DNA of 58,218 nt. It comes from a virus. Lineage: Duplodnaviria; Caudoviricetes. The position numbers and the translations under genes are program-made. Shown in pieces: positions 35,990 through 44,142 of this stretch (positions within the stretch are counted from its first letter, which is position 1; the number at the start of each line of letters is the position of its first letter). The notes beneath the pieces were generated by a model that was not told the origin of the DNA, did not search any database, and saw nothing but the letters and a program-made list of their open reading frames with translations. The stretch spans positions 1 to 58,218 of the IMG/VR virus record IMGVR_UViG_3300043538_000065; one strand, written 5' to 3'.

Positions 35990-36916
35990 ATGACTTCGAT
36001 TGTGAGCGTTTACCGTCGCTGGCCGACACGGGCCGATTGCATCCGGCATATGGAGGAAGTGCGATGGGGCGATAAGCCGATCTGCCCCTACTGCGGAGCA
36101 GATCGCGTCTCGCGCAACCGCGACGACAGCCGCGGAGCGACGGCGGAACGCTGGAAATGCCAACGCTGCATCAAGTCGTTTTCGGTCACGGTCGGAACGA
36201 TCTTCCACAACACGCATGTCGATTTGCAGCGCTGGTTTTTGCTGATCTCGCTCATGATGTGCGCGAAGAAGGGACTGAGCGCGATGCAGGCGGCGCGCGA
36301 TCTGGAAATGCGCCGCCCTACCGTGTGGAGCATGATGCATCGCATCCGCGCCGCGATGAAGGATGACGGCGAATTGCTGTCCGGCCTTGTCGAAATGGAC
36401 GAAGCGTTTATCGGAGGCAAGCCGCGCAAGGGCACGCGCAAGGACATGGACGATGACGGCCCGCGCGATCCCGGCTCTAAGACGCCAGTGGTCGCCGCAA
36501 TCCAGCGTGGCGGCAAGGTAAAGGCCCGCGTGATGAAACGGTCGGAGTTGAACGCCAACGTGTTCAAGGCGCTGGTGTACAACTGGATGAAGCAGCGCGA
36601 GACCGTGCTGACAACCGACGAACTGCCGAGCTATCGCAACCTTGCCGACGTGATTCCGCACCGCATGATAAATCACTCCCGTCGCTATTCGCAGAAAGAT
36701 GCGACCTTCGATCTTGGTTTCGGCATGACGCACACCAATACGATTGAGGCGTTCTGGTCCATCGTGCGCCGCGCGATCATGGGGCAGTTCCACCACGTCA
36801 GTCAGAAATACCTGCCGCTGTACATGCGAGAGATTTGCTACAGGTATAACGACCGTATCGACCAATGCGGCTTGGACGGCGTGCTGAATTTGGCGTGCAA
36901 CGGGCGTCAAGGCTGA
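35990..36916 (+). CDS. IS1595-family (ISXO2-like) DDE transposase
   Basis: CPYCG..WKCQRC Zn ribbon, GTIFH.T, VEMDE, TDE, HTNTIE.FW. Confidence 0.95.
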   Translation: MTSIVSVYRRWPTRADCIRHMEEVRWGDKPICPYCGADRVSRNRDDSRGATAERWKCQRCIKSFSVTVGTIFHNTHVDLQRWFLLISLMMCAKKGLSAMQAARDLEMRRPTVWSMMHRIRAAMKDDGELLSGLVEMDEAFIGGKPRKGTRKDMDDDGPRDPGSKTPVVAAIQRGGKVKARVMKRSELNANVFKALVYNWMKQRETVLTTDELPSYRNLADVIPHRMINHSRRYSQKDATFDLGFGMTHTNTIEAFWSIVRRAIMGQFHHVSQKYLPLYMREICYRYNDRIDQCGLDGVLNLACNGRQG

Positions 36917-37440
36917 CCCTCCAATGATGTTCGCACCTCATTGAAGATCGCGCGCGTCATCAATTCGCCGATGGGCTTGACCTGCTGCGCATTCGAGAGT
37001 GCGCCCAAGCGATCCTTGATGGCGCTCGCCAGTTTCCCGTCGCGGTCCATTCCGATTAGCTCGTGAGCGCCGACCGTTGCCCAGTCACGGCCGTCGCTCG
37101 TGAGGTGCTTGAAGTGGATGGCATCGACCGCACTATGAACTATTTGCGCTACCGCGCGCCGCTGCTGAGGGTCCGGCCTGCGTCGTTCAACACGCGCAGG
37201 CGCAGGCTCCGATACCTGGGGCTGCGATCCTCGCATATCCGCCTGCCGTTGGATCAGATACGGCTTCAGCAGCGCCTCTTTCGCAACCCTCGGCTCTTTG
37301 CTCAGCATCCCAAACAGCGCATCAGCAGCCGCTGAGATATCGCCATGGCACTCATGCAAAGCCATGAAGGCCAGCGTAGCCAATCGCGAGGCCGCCAAGT
37401 TGATGCCAGCAGTCTGCAGCTTCTCCTTAAGCAAGGTCAT
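36907..37440 (-). CDS. IS passenger hypothetical protein
   Basis: AGGAG RBS; inside TIRs. Confidence 0.7.
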   Translation of the reverse strand: MTLLKEKLQTAGINLAASRLATLAFMALHECHGDISAAADALFGMLSKEPRVAKEALLKPYLIQRQADMRGSQPQVSEPAPARVERRRPDPQQRRAVAQIVHSAVDAIHFKHLTSDGRDWATVGAHELIGMDRDGKLASAIKDRLGALSNAQQVKPIGELMTRAIFNEVRTSLEGQP

Positions 37441-37726
37441 CCAACTCTCCTATGATCGATTGAAGGCGTTCGTCAGTCTTTGCGAGTTCGCGGACGATTG
37501 CCCAAGCCGCTGACAACTTGGCTTGACGTAATCGGCTAGTGCTCCGATGTTTTGACCGCGCAACCGGGTCCGACCGCCGCCTTTTGTCGGTCGCGGCGGT
37601 TGCGCGTCGGTTTTTGCGGGCGCGCGCGCAGTCCGTTGAGCACGTGAGTCTGCGCGGCCAGATCGGCTCGAATTCTTTATGGCAGGACGCGCAAGATTTC
37701 ATTTGGACCCCGGATTTACTAGTCAT
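37427..37726 (-). CDS. IS passenger Zn-finger protein
   Basis: CASC.KEF...TCS.DC motif; inside TIRs. Confidence 0.65.
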   Translation of the reverse strand: MTSKSGVQMKSCASCHKEFEPIWPRRLTCSTDCARARKNRRATAATDKRRRSDPVARSKHRSTSRLRQAKLSAAWAIVRELAKTDERLQSIIGELDDLA

Positions 37727-37941
37727 TGTGCATCAACCCCCAAAGCGTACAGGTCCCAAACCGCACCTGTGGAAAACTCGCATAACGGGGACAACCACGC
37801 CTCAAAACACCCTTGCGAGGCGACGAAGGGACGCGGGCGTGAGAGGATGGGAGTGTGGAAAAGCCTGCGGTCATAGGACAGGCCCGCCAGTGGCGTCGAA
37901 CTTTATGCCGGCGCGCTCCAGGTACGCCCGCGCCAAGGCCT

Positions 37942-38172
37942 TCATTCCCGGATGCGAAGCTTGCGCGTCGCGATGATCTGATGGTGCTGTGCGCGGTCCA
38001 TCGCCGCCTTGATGTGCTCGCCTGTGGTCACGATATTCTCCTCTCTTTTCAAACGGCGCTCACGACACAGATGACAATCTATAGGCGCGCCATAGCCCGA
38101 CCCGGCGATGTAGTATCGGCCAGTTCCGTGGCAGAGATCGCAACTGCCGTCAGCGGTGTACTGTCCCATCAC
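37942..38172 (-). CDS. Small Zn-finger protein
   Basis: CDLCHGTG...CHLC; ATGA coupling. Confidence 0.6.
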   Translation of the reverse strand: MMGQYTADGSCDLCHGTGRYYIAGSGYGAPIDCHLCRERRLKREENIVTTGEHIKAAMDRAQHHQIIATRKLRIRE

Positions 38173-38459
38173 ATCATCCCCAGCGCCTGCATGTAGGTTT
38201 CCAGGATGGTTTCCTGTTCCTGCCGCTCGCCCGCGTCCTGCTTGCGCAGGCGCACGATGGTGCGCAGCGCCTTGACGTCGAAGCCATTGCCCTTGGCCTC
38301 CGCATAGACGTCGCGGATATCGTCCGAGATGGTTTTGCGCTCTTCATCGAGGCGCTCGATGCGCTCGACGATGGATTTCAGTTGATCCTTGGCGAACCGG
38401 GTCCCGCCAAGCGCACCTTTGGTTTCGACAACTCCGGTATTGCTGGCGTGCGGCTGCAT
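38169..38459 (-). CDS. gapR: GapR/DUF2312 nucleoid-associated protein homologue
   Basis: [15 protein letters not shown]...[24 protein letters not shown]...LETYM.ALGM. Confidence 0.92.
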   Translation of the reverse strand: MQPHASNTGVVETKGALGGTRFAKDQLKSIVERIERLDEERKTISDDIRDVYAEAKGNGFDVKALRTIVRLRKQDAGERQEQETILETYMQALGMM

Positions 38460-38509
38460 TGAGCCTCTCCATCAGGTTTGAATTTTTGGGGACGCAACAG
38501 ACGCAACAA

Positions 38510-38731
38510 TTACAGCGGCACGATCTTCCAGCCGCTTCTCTTCAGCGCATCGAGGATGGTGTGCACCACGATGCTGTCTTCCGAGAGTGGTTGCCGCCAG
38601 AACGCATACGGGATCGAATTCAGCGTGCAGGCGATGATCTCGTTCGGCTCTAAATATGGACCGGCGCGCGGCTCTTTCAGTAGCAGAGGCGCTACCTGGT
38701 CGATCAGCAAGGGTCCGCGGGAGGGTTTCAT
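38510..38731 (-). CDS. Hypothetical protein
   Basis: ATGA coupling. Confidence 0.55.
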   Translation of the reverse strand: MKPSRGPLLIDQVAPLLLKEPRAGPYLEPNEIIACTLNSIPYAFWRQPLSEDSIVVHTILDALKRSGWKIVPL

Positions 38732-39078
38732 TCGCCCGCCCTCGAAAACGGCGCATCTTCCGGCTGCCAGCCGTTGAACCAGTCATTCAGCAGAATGTGA
38801 GCTTCAACGAGATCGCCCTGGCGATCTAAGATAGCCTCTTGTTCCGACATTTCCCCGACGACGAATGTTTCCCAGTCGCCTTCACCACACGAGCGAAGGC
38901 GTGCAAGCCCCCGCTCCGCCCCAGGGACCATGTGGGACCAAGCGTCGGGTATGCTGAAATGATCCAGGTCAATCTTCTTGCCGGGATAGACCGTGCCGAT
39001 CAGATGGCCGCCATTGTCACGTTCGATCGCCGCAAAAGCAGCGAGTAATTCCGGGTAGTTTGTGCGCTCGACGATCAT
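38728..39078 (-). CDS. Hypothetical protein
   Basis: TGATG coupling with RBS. Confidence 0.65.
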   Translation of the reverse strand: MIVERTNYPELLAAFAAIERDNGGHLIGTVYPGKKIDLDHFSIPDAWSHMVPGAERGLARLRSCGEGDWETFVVGEMSEQEAILDRQGDLVEAHILLNDWFNGWQPEDAPFSRAGE

Positions 39079-39416
39079 CACAGCCCCACCTCTCGCAGAA
39101 AGCAATCGAGACCGACCGGCTTTGTGCCCGTGACGAAATAGTTTCGGATGGCGCGCCAGTTTTGCTCACATCGCCCCGTGAATTGACGCTCCAAGAGCTC
39201 GATTGTCGACGGGGCGATATCGCGGCGTACCAGACGACGCTCGATCAGCTTGAACATGCGGCGCTGGCGGCTGCGCAATTGCTGATAGCGGCTGCGCAGT
39301 TCTACCGGCAAGAGGTTCCAGCACTTGCGACAGATGACCTCTCGCTCGCCTTCCTGTTCGGCAGGCGCAGTCCGCTTGCAGCGCGGATTGACACAGGGGA
39401 GGCGCCCGGGTTTCAT
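39078..39416 (-). CDS. Zn-binding hypothetical protein
   Basis: CVNPRC...ICRKCW. Confidence 0.65.
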   Translation of the reverse strand: MKPGRLPCVNPRCKRTAPAEQEGEREVICRKCWNLLPVELRSRYQQLRSRQRRMFKLIERRLVRRDIAPSTIELLERQFTGRCEQNWRAIRNYFVTGTKPVGLDCFLREVGL

Positions 39417-39505
39417 CAAGCCTTCTCCCCATGCCGCTTGTTCGGCGAAAGCCAGAGCGAGCCCGATGGCTGCCAGAGGGAGAGGGCTTTGAGGGTAGCG
39501 GTCAA
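39416..39505 (-). pseudogene. Truncated ASCH-domain gene remnant
   Basis: KALSLWQP.GSL....KRH matches ASCH N-termini, then stops at 29 aa. Confidence 0.55.
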
Positions 39506-39660
39506 TGTGCCGTCTCCTCGTTTTGGACGAGAGGCGCTGAGATCGGACAAACCAGATCGGCGCACTGCGGCGCTTCCTGATCAAACCTGATCTCTTTGCC
39601 GCAACGCGGACACGCGATTGCAGCCACTACCGGTACTCTCGGAGAAGTGTCGTCCGGCAT
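39502..39660 (-). CDS. Small Zn-ribbon protein
   Basis: GGAGG RBS; CPRC...C...C. Confidence 0.5.
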   Translation of the reverse strand: MPDDTSPRVPVVAAIACPRCGKEIRFDQEAPQCADLVCPISAPLVQNEETAH

Positions 39661-39661
39661 C

Positions 39662-42600
39662 TCAGCCTCCATCAGGTCCTGAAGGGGGGGGGGTATTGAC
39701 GGCATCGAACGTCGCCAGATCGAACAGCTGCGGAACGTACATTTTGCTCTCCGCCGCTCGCAGGTGTTCAATGGAGTCAAGGTAAGATACTGAGTTCAAC
39801 TCAACGACCGCGCCCCTGCGACCCTTCAAGATTGCTCTATAAGCGACGGTGCCGAGACCTCCGAAGGGATCGAAGATCAACTCCCCCTCGTTCGAGAAGC
39901 GATTTATCAGCCGGTCGACGGTATCAAACTGGAGCGGACAAATGTGCTTCTCTCGCCCCTGCTGCACCTGCTTTGAGTTGAGGGTGTGCATGCGGCTGAT
40001 GTCGTACCAGACGTTTTCATTAGCCGACCCCGGCGTAAGGCAACTCCACTGGGCAGGCAGGTCGCGAACCCGCTCAAGTCTCTCGCCAATCCTGACGTGT
40101 GCTTCATAATCATAGATGCGCTCGCTTGAGATTTTCGCAAATATCTTGCGAAGGGTCTCAGCCGGCAGGCTCTCAAATTCTTCCGCTGTCAGCAGCCTGT
40201 TGCCGCTCGATCGCCAACGCCCGTGAGCGTCAATCTGCCACCTTGCTCGCGAATAGCCATCGTTTGCGGCTTCACCGTCCGCAAGCCCCTCCCCATCCCA
40301 TTTTTCCTTGACGACGGGCACGTCGGCATATCCGCGCGCTCGATCGCTTTGCCCCTTCCGCATTAGGAGAACGTATTCCGGCGAGCCGACGCCCTTCGTT
40401 GTGGAATCCTTGCAGTTCTCACTCCAGCCTAGGCGATAGCTGCCGTCAGCGTTTTCCTTCACCACATCGGTATCGATCTGGATCATCCCCATCTTGAAGA
40501 ACCCGTGGGCCTTGTAATGCATGACAGCTTCTTCATGGAACGAAGATATCGTCGAAAAGCCCAAGCCCGTCACGCTTCCGAACAGCACGCGGTCCTTGAC
40601 GTGAATGCAGGCGAGCCGGCCGGGCTTGAGCATTCGAAACAGCTCTGTCGTCAAAAAATCCATCTGACTCCAGAAGTGGCCATTGTCATCGGTGTGGCCG
40701 AAGTCGTTATAGGAGGCCGAATATTCGTAGTGGTTCGAAAACGGGATCGATGTAATGATCTGATCGACCGAATTGTCAGGCCAGGTCCGGCATTCGGCGA
40801 CGCAATCGTTGTTGATCGCGATAAATTTCTCACCCCTGATCTCGACGCGCTTGACACCGATGGTGCGCGCAAGAGCGTCGCGCAAGGGCAGCGTGTTGAG
40901 GCCGTGCGCCAGGATGATGGCGCTCATCCGCTTGCGCATCTCGGAATCCAGCGCCCACTTCTGCTCCAAAGTCGCCCGGCCGGCGCGCATGTCTTCGGAA
41001 TAGATGATGTCGACTTCGACTGGGAACGTTTGTCCGAACCGCTGCAGCCGATAGATCGACTGGATAAAATCGTTGAACTTGTAGCCGTCGCCGGGCATGC
41101 CGACGTAGATCGCCTTGTGGCAGTGATACTGGAAATTCGAACCCGATCCCGACAGGATCGGTTTGGTCCCGAAATACTTGACCCGGCCTTCCTCGAAATC
41201 GTGCAGGCGGACTTCCCGGTCGTCGATATCCATGCTGCCGGTGATGGTGACGACTTCAGGCAAGGCCTGTTCGATCGCTTCGCGCTCGGCTTCAAGATCG
41301 TGCCAGATGATCCGATGCGGCTCTGGATCCTTCGCGATGATCTCAACCATCTTCGCAATCCGCGAAGACAGGCTGTCCCGCCGCGACTTCGCCGCATCCT
41401 GCAGGCTGTTTGCGACGTTGCGGAACATGACGCCCTGCCCGTCGCGTTCCGGCTGCGCCTTGGAATGATCCGCGGGCACTTCGTGCCAGGTGAGCTTCAG
41501 CGGCGGCAGTTCATAGCCTTCGTCGCTGTAGCCGAGCTCGGAGGGCCGCTGCAGGAACGCCGCCCACGAATGCACCCACATCCAGAATTCATCTTCCTTG
41601 TGCGGGTAGAGCGTGAGATCGCCGGCCTTTTCCGAGTTGCGCTGGAACCAGCGCGTCAAGGCAAGGCCGGTATCCATGACGCCAAGGAAACCGGCGTAAT
41701 GGATCAATTCCTTGTAGCGGTTCGGCGATGGAGTTGCGGTCGCGACCAGCTTGAATTCGACCTTGGAGAACAGCGGCAGGAATTCTTGAAATGTCTTGGA
41801 GCCGTAGCTGCGCAGCACGCTCGCTTCGTCCAGCGAACAGGCCGCGAACAGGTTCGGATCAAGCTTGCCCTCGCGGATCGATTCATAATTGGTCAGGAAG
41901 TGGACGACGCCTTCGGCCGTGAGCGCGTGGAATTCCGCATTAGTGCGGACGAAGCGCACATCCATGGAAAGCTGCAGCGCTTCCTTGATAAAGCCGTGAC
42001 GAACGCCCAAGGGCACGACGTTGAGCGTCGCGCCGCCGACATGCTTGTGCAGTTGCCGGCACCATTCCAGCTGCATCGCCGTCTTGTGCAGGCCGAAATT
42101 GGCGAAGATCGCAGCACATCCGAGCCGCAGGGCCCAGAGCGTCAGGTCCTTACAGTGCGGCTTCAGCCAGGGATGCAGCGCGTCGCGGTTGACCTCTATA
42201 CCACGTAGTGGCGCAGTGACGATCTTGTCTTCGAGGAAGGCGTCATAGGACGGCCATTCGATAGCGAGGTCGTCGTCGTCGTTCAAATTGTCGGCAAGGG
42301 CCGGATTGGATACCGGGGATTTCCCGCCCGCAAGGGGCATGCACGTCGATCCCTCGAACGCTTTCACCTCGCCGTCCGCCGTTGCCGGCGAACTGAAATC
42401 TACAGCGCCAGGCGCGCACGCCTCACACTTCACATCGGCAACGGAGCCTGCGCCAATTGGCGCAGGCTCGATGGTTTCTGACGGGCCGGGCGCTACGCCG
42501 GCTACTGCACAGTCCGGCCCATTATGGGGTTCCCGGAGTATAGGGCTTTCGCCCATCGGTTTCTGTGCACCCTCCCGATAAGGAGCGGGTCCGCTTTCCC

Positions 42601-43483
42601 CACCTCCGCCAGAACTTTTGAGCAGCGCTTCGCCAGCTTCCGTCAGGCCGATCCGCGTTGTCGTCGCATGCACCAATCCATCGCGGACAAGGCCGCGCAC
42701 GATGGAGAATGTGACCTGTTCGCCTGCCGCAATTGCGCGCAGCGCTGAAAGGGTGGAGCCCGCGCCGTCAGGGGACAGTGACGACACGGGCTCTGATCGC
42801 AGCGACCGGGGAGGATCATCTGCGATAATCGGCGCGGAAGTTAGCCCTCCGGCGCCGGGTTGGGATTGAGGCGAGCCGGCACCCTCCACGCTAAGCGTGA
42901 CTGATGCCGGCTCTGGCAACGCGGCGTTGGCAAGGTCCGGGGCCTCCCGTAGGATCGGGTGCTGCCCCTCTACCGTCAGCCGTCGCTGCGCCGGGTCTGC
43001 GTTTGCTACGGGTGAGCCGCCGTTATTTCGAGCCCCATGTCCAAGAAGATTTTGAGGTTGAGGGGTCGGTTCCGACGGCTCGCCGGTAGCAACTGGCGCG
43101 ATCAGCGACTTCGCCCAATGGATCACCTGGTTGCCGTAGTCCGCGCTGCACTGCGTGCCCTCGCCTCCGGTTTCGGCGTTGCCCATGTAGGTTTGCGCGC
43201 GACGAATAACTTCGTCGACTGCTTCCTGCAGTGCATCTTCGCGGCTGATGAAAAACAGGTCGGGCGCATTGGCGTGGAACCCCGGCGGGTGCGCCAACCA
43301 GTTTCCGTTTTCCAATTCGAGCACGCCTATCTTGGCCCATACGGCCCGGAAGCGCGGGTTGTCGTGTTCGAATATCTCGCCCTGTTCGTCGCGGAAGGAT
43401 CGCCCTTCAGGGCCCAGCGGAGGCTCGCCGGCGGCGTTGCGCAGGATCGGGGTTGCGGGTGTGGTGCGGGCGGGAGCGTTCAT
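39662..43483 (-). CDS. SNF2-like helicase fused to N6/N4 DNA methyltransferase, long N-terminal extension
   Basis: FGLHKT, DEAS, TATPSP, Q...R..RFGQ; TSIPF, HICPLQ, DPFGGLGT. Confidence 0.92.
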   Translation of the reverse strand: MNAPARTTPATPILRNAAGEPPLGPEGRSFRDEQGEIFEHDNPRFRAVWAKIGVLELENGNWLAHPPGFHANAPDLFFISREDALQEAVDEVIRRAQTYMGNAETGGEGTQCSADYGNQVIHWAKSLIAPVATGEPSEPTPQPQNLLGHGARNNGGSPVANADPAQRRLTVEGQHPILREAPDLANAALPEPASVTLSVEGAGSPQSQPGAGGLTSAPIIADDPPRSLRSEPVSSLSPDGAGSTLSALRAIAAGEQVTFSIVRGLVRDGLVHATTTRIGLTEAGEALLKSSGGGGESGPAPYREGAQKPMGESPILREPHNGPDCAVAGVAPGPSETIEPAPIGAGSVADVKCEACAPGAVDFSSPATADGEVKAFEGSTCMPLAGGKSPVSNPALADNLNDDDDLAIEWPSYDAFLEDKIVTAPLRGIEVNRDALHPWLKPHCKDLTLWALRLGCAAIFANFGLHKTAMQLEWCRQLHKHVGGATLNVVPLGVRHGFIKEALQLSMDVRFVRTNAEFHALTAEGVVHFLTNYESIREGKLDPNLFAACSLDEASVLRSYGSKTFQEFLPLFSKVEFKLVATATPSPNRYKELIHYAGFLGVMDTGLALTRWFQRNSEKAGDLTLYPHKEDEFWMWVHSWAAFLQRPSELGYSDEGYELPPLKLTWHEVPADHSKAQPERDGQGVMFRNVANSLQDAAKSRRDSLSSRIAKMVEIIAKDPEPHRIIWHDLEAEREAIEQALPEVVTITGSMDIDDREVRLHDFEEGRVKYFGTKPILSGSGSNFQYHCHKAIYVGMPGDGYKFNDFIQSIYRLQRFGQTFPVEVDIIYSEDMRAGRATLEQKWALDSEMRKRMSAIILAHGLNTLPLRDALARTIGVKRVEIRGEKFIAINNDCVAECRTWPDNSVDQIITSIPFSNHYEYSASYNDFGHTDDNGHFWSQMDFLTTELFRMLKPGRLACIHVKDRVLFGSVTGLGFSTISSFHEEAVMHYKAHGFFKMGMIQIDTDVVKENADGSYRLGWSENCKDSTTKGVGSPEYVLLMRKGQSDRARGYADVPVVKEKWDGEGLADGEAANDGYSRARWQIDAHGRWRSSGNRLLTAEEFESLPAETLRKIFAKISSERIYDYEAHVRIGERLERVRDLPAQWSCLTPGSANENVWYDISRMHTLNSKQVQQGREKHICPLQFDTVDRLINRFSNEGELIFDPFGGLGTVAYRAILKGRRGAVVELNSVSYLDSIEHLRAAESKMYVPQLFDLATFDAVNTPPPSGPDGG

Positions 43484-44142
43484 GCGGGCGCTCCGGTATC
43501 AACCGGAAAATCTTCCGGATCCAGCGCTTCACCTTTTTTGAGGGCGGATTTCGCGCCGACCGCCGTGAGCCAAAAGATGTTATCGCCACCCGTAAACGCC
43601 GATCCTTTACGACCTCGCGCAAGCCCGGCCGCAACCATGTCGCACCAAGCGACATAGTCAGGATGCCGCTCGCCGGCGACGAAATGGTTGCGGTAGCTCT
43701 GGTTGCGCTTGTTCGGAAGGCCGAGCGCATGGCGGGCGAGTTCACGGCGCTGATCGAGCGCGCTCCTGCCCGGCAGAGGATCGCCGAACAATCCGCCCGT
43801 CAGGCCCAGCACCTCGCATCGCGCCCGCAGTTCGGCGTCGGCAACCAGGATTGCCGTTCGCATGGTCCGCGCCGATGGCGGCAGCGCCGGCGGCATGACG
43901 AGGTTGGCCGGCGCGCGCAGCACAAGGTTTCGATCTGGAGCGGCCTCAATCATGTCGCGCGTTACTGCGTTAACCCGATCTCGTCTCAGCATAGACAACC
44001 GCGTCTGGCAGCTTCCCTTCGGATGCTCCAGGCGTTTTGCCACCTCAGGCCAGGGCAGGCCCTCCACCTCGCGCATCTGCCACAGCAGCGCATTCTGCTG
44101 ATCGGTCCATGGATTGGCGCGGCCCCGGAATCGGTACGTCAT
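43480..44142 (-). CDS. Myb/GcrA-like HTH protein fused to second domain
   Basis: WTDQQ..LL..M....L.W.EVA..L. Confidence 0.6.
   Translation of the reverse strand: MTYRFRGRANPWTDQQNALLWQMREVEGLPWPEVAKRLEHPKGSCQTRLSMLRRDRVNAVTRDMIEAAPDRNLVLRAPANLVMPPALPPSARTMRTAILVADAELRARCEVLGLTGGLFGDPLPGRSALDQRRELARHALGLPNKRNQSYRNHFVAGERHPDYVAWCDMVAAGLARGRKGSAFTGGDNIFWLTAVGAKSALKKGEALDPEDFPVDTGAPA

Larger units (their letters stand above)
35917..37756 (+). mobile_element. IS1595-family element with two passenger genes
   Basis: 24-bp TIRs 35917-35940 and 37733-37756 (21/24 match); flanking direct repeat CAAACCGCACC at 35906-35916 and 37757-37767. Confidence 0.92.

Noticed and set aside
40505-42208. 567-aa plus-strand ORF
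   Set aside because: Antisense shadow of the helicase-methylase; it also shows long antisense ORFs arise by chance here
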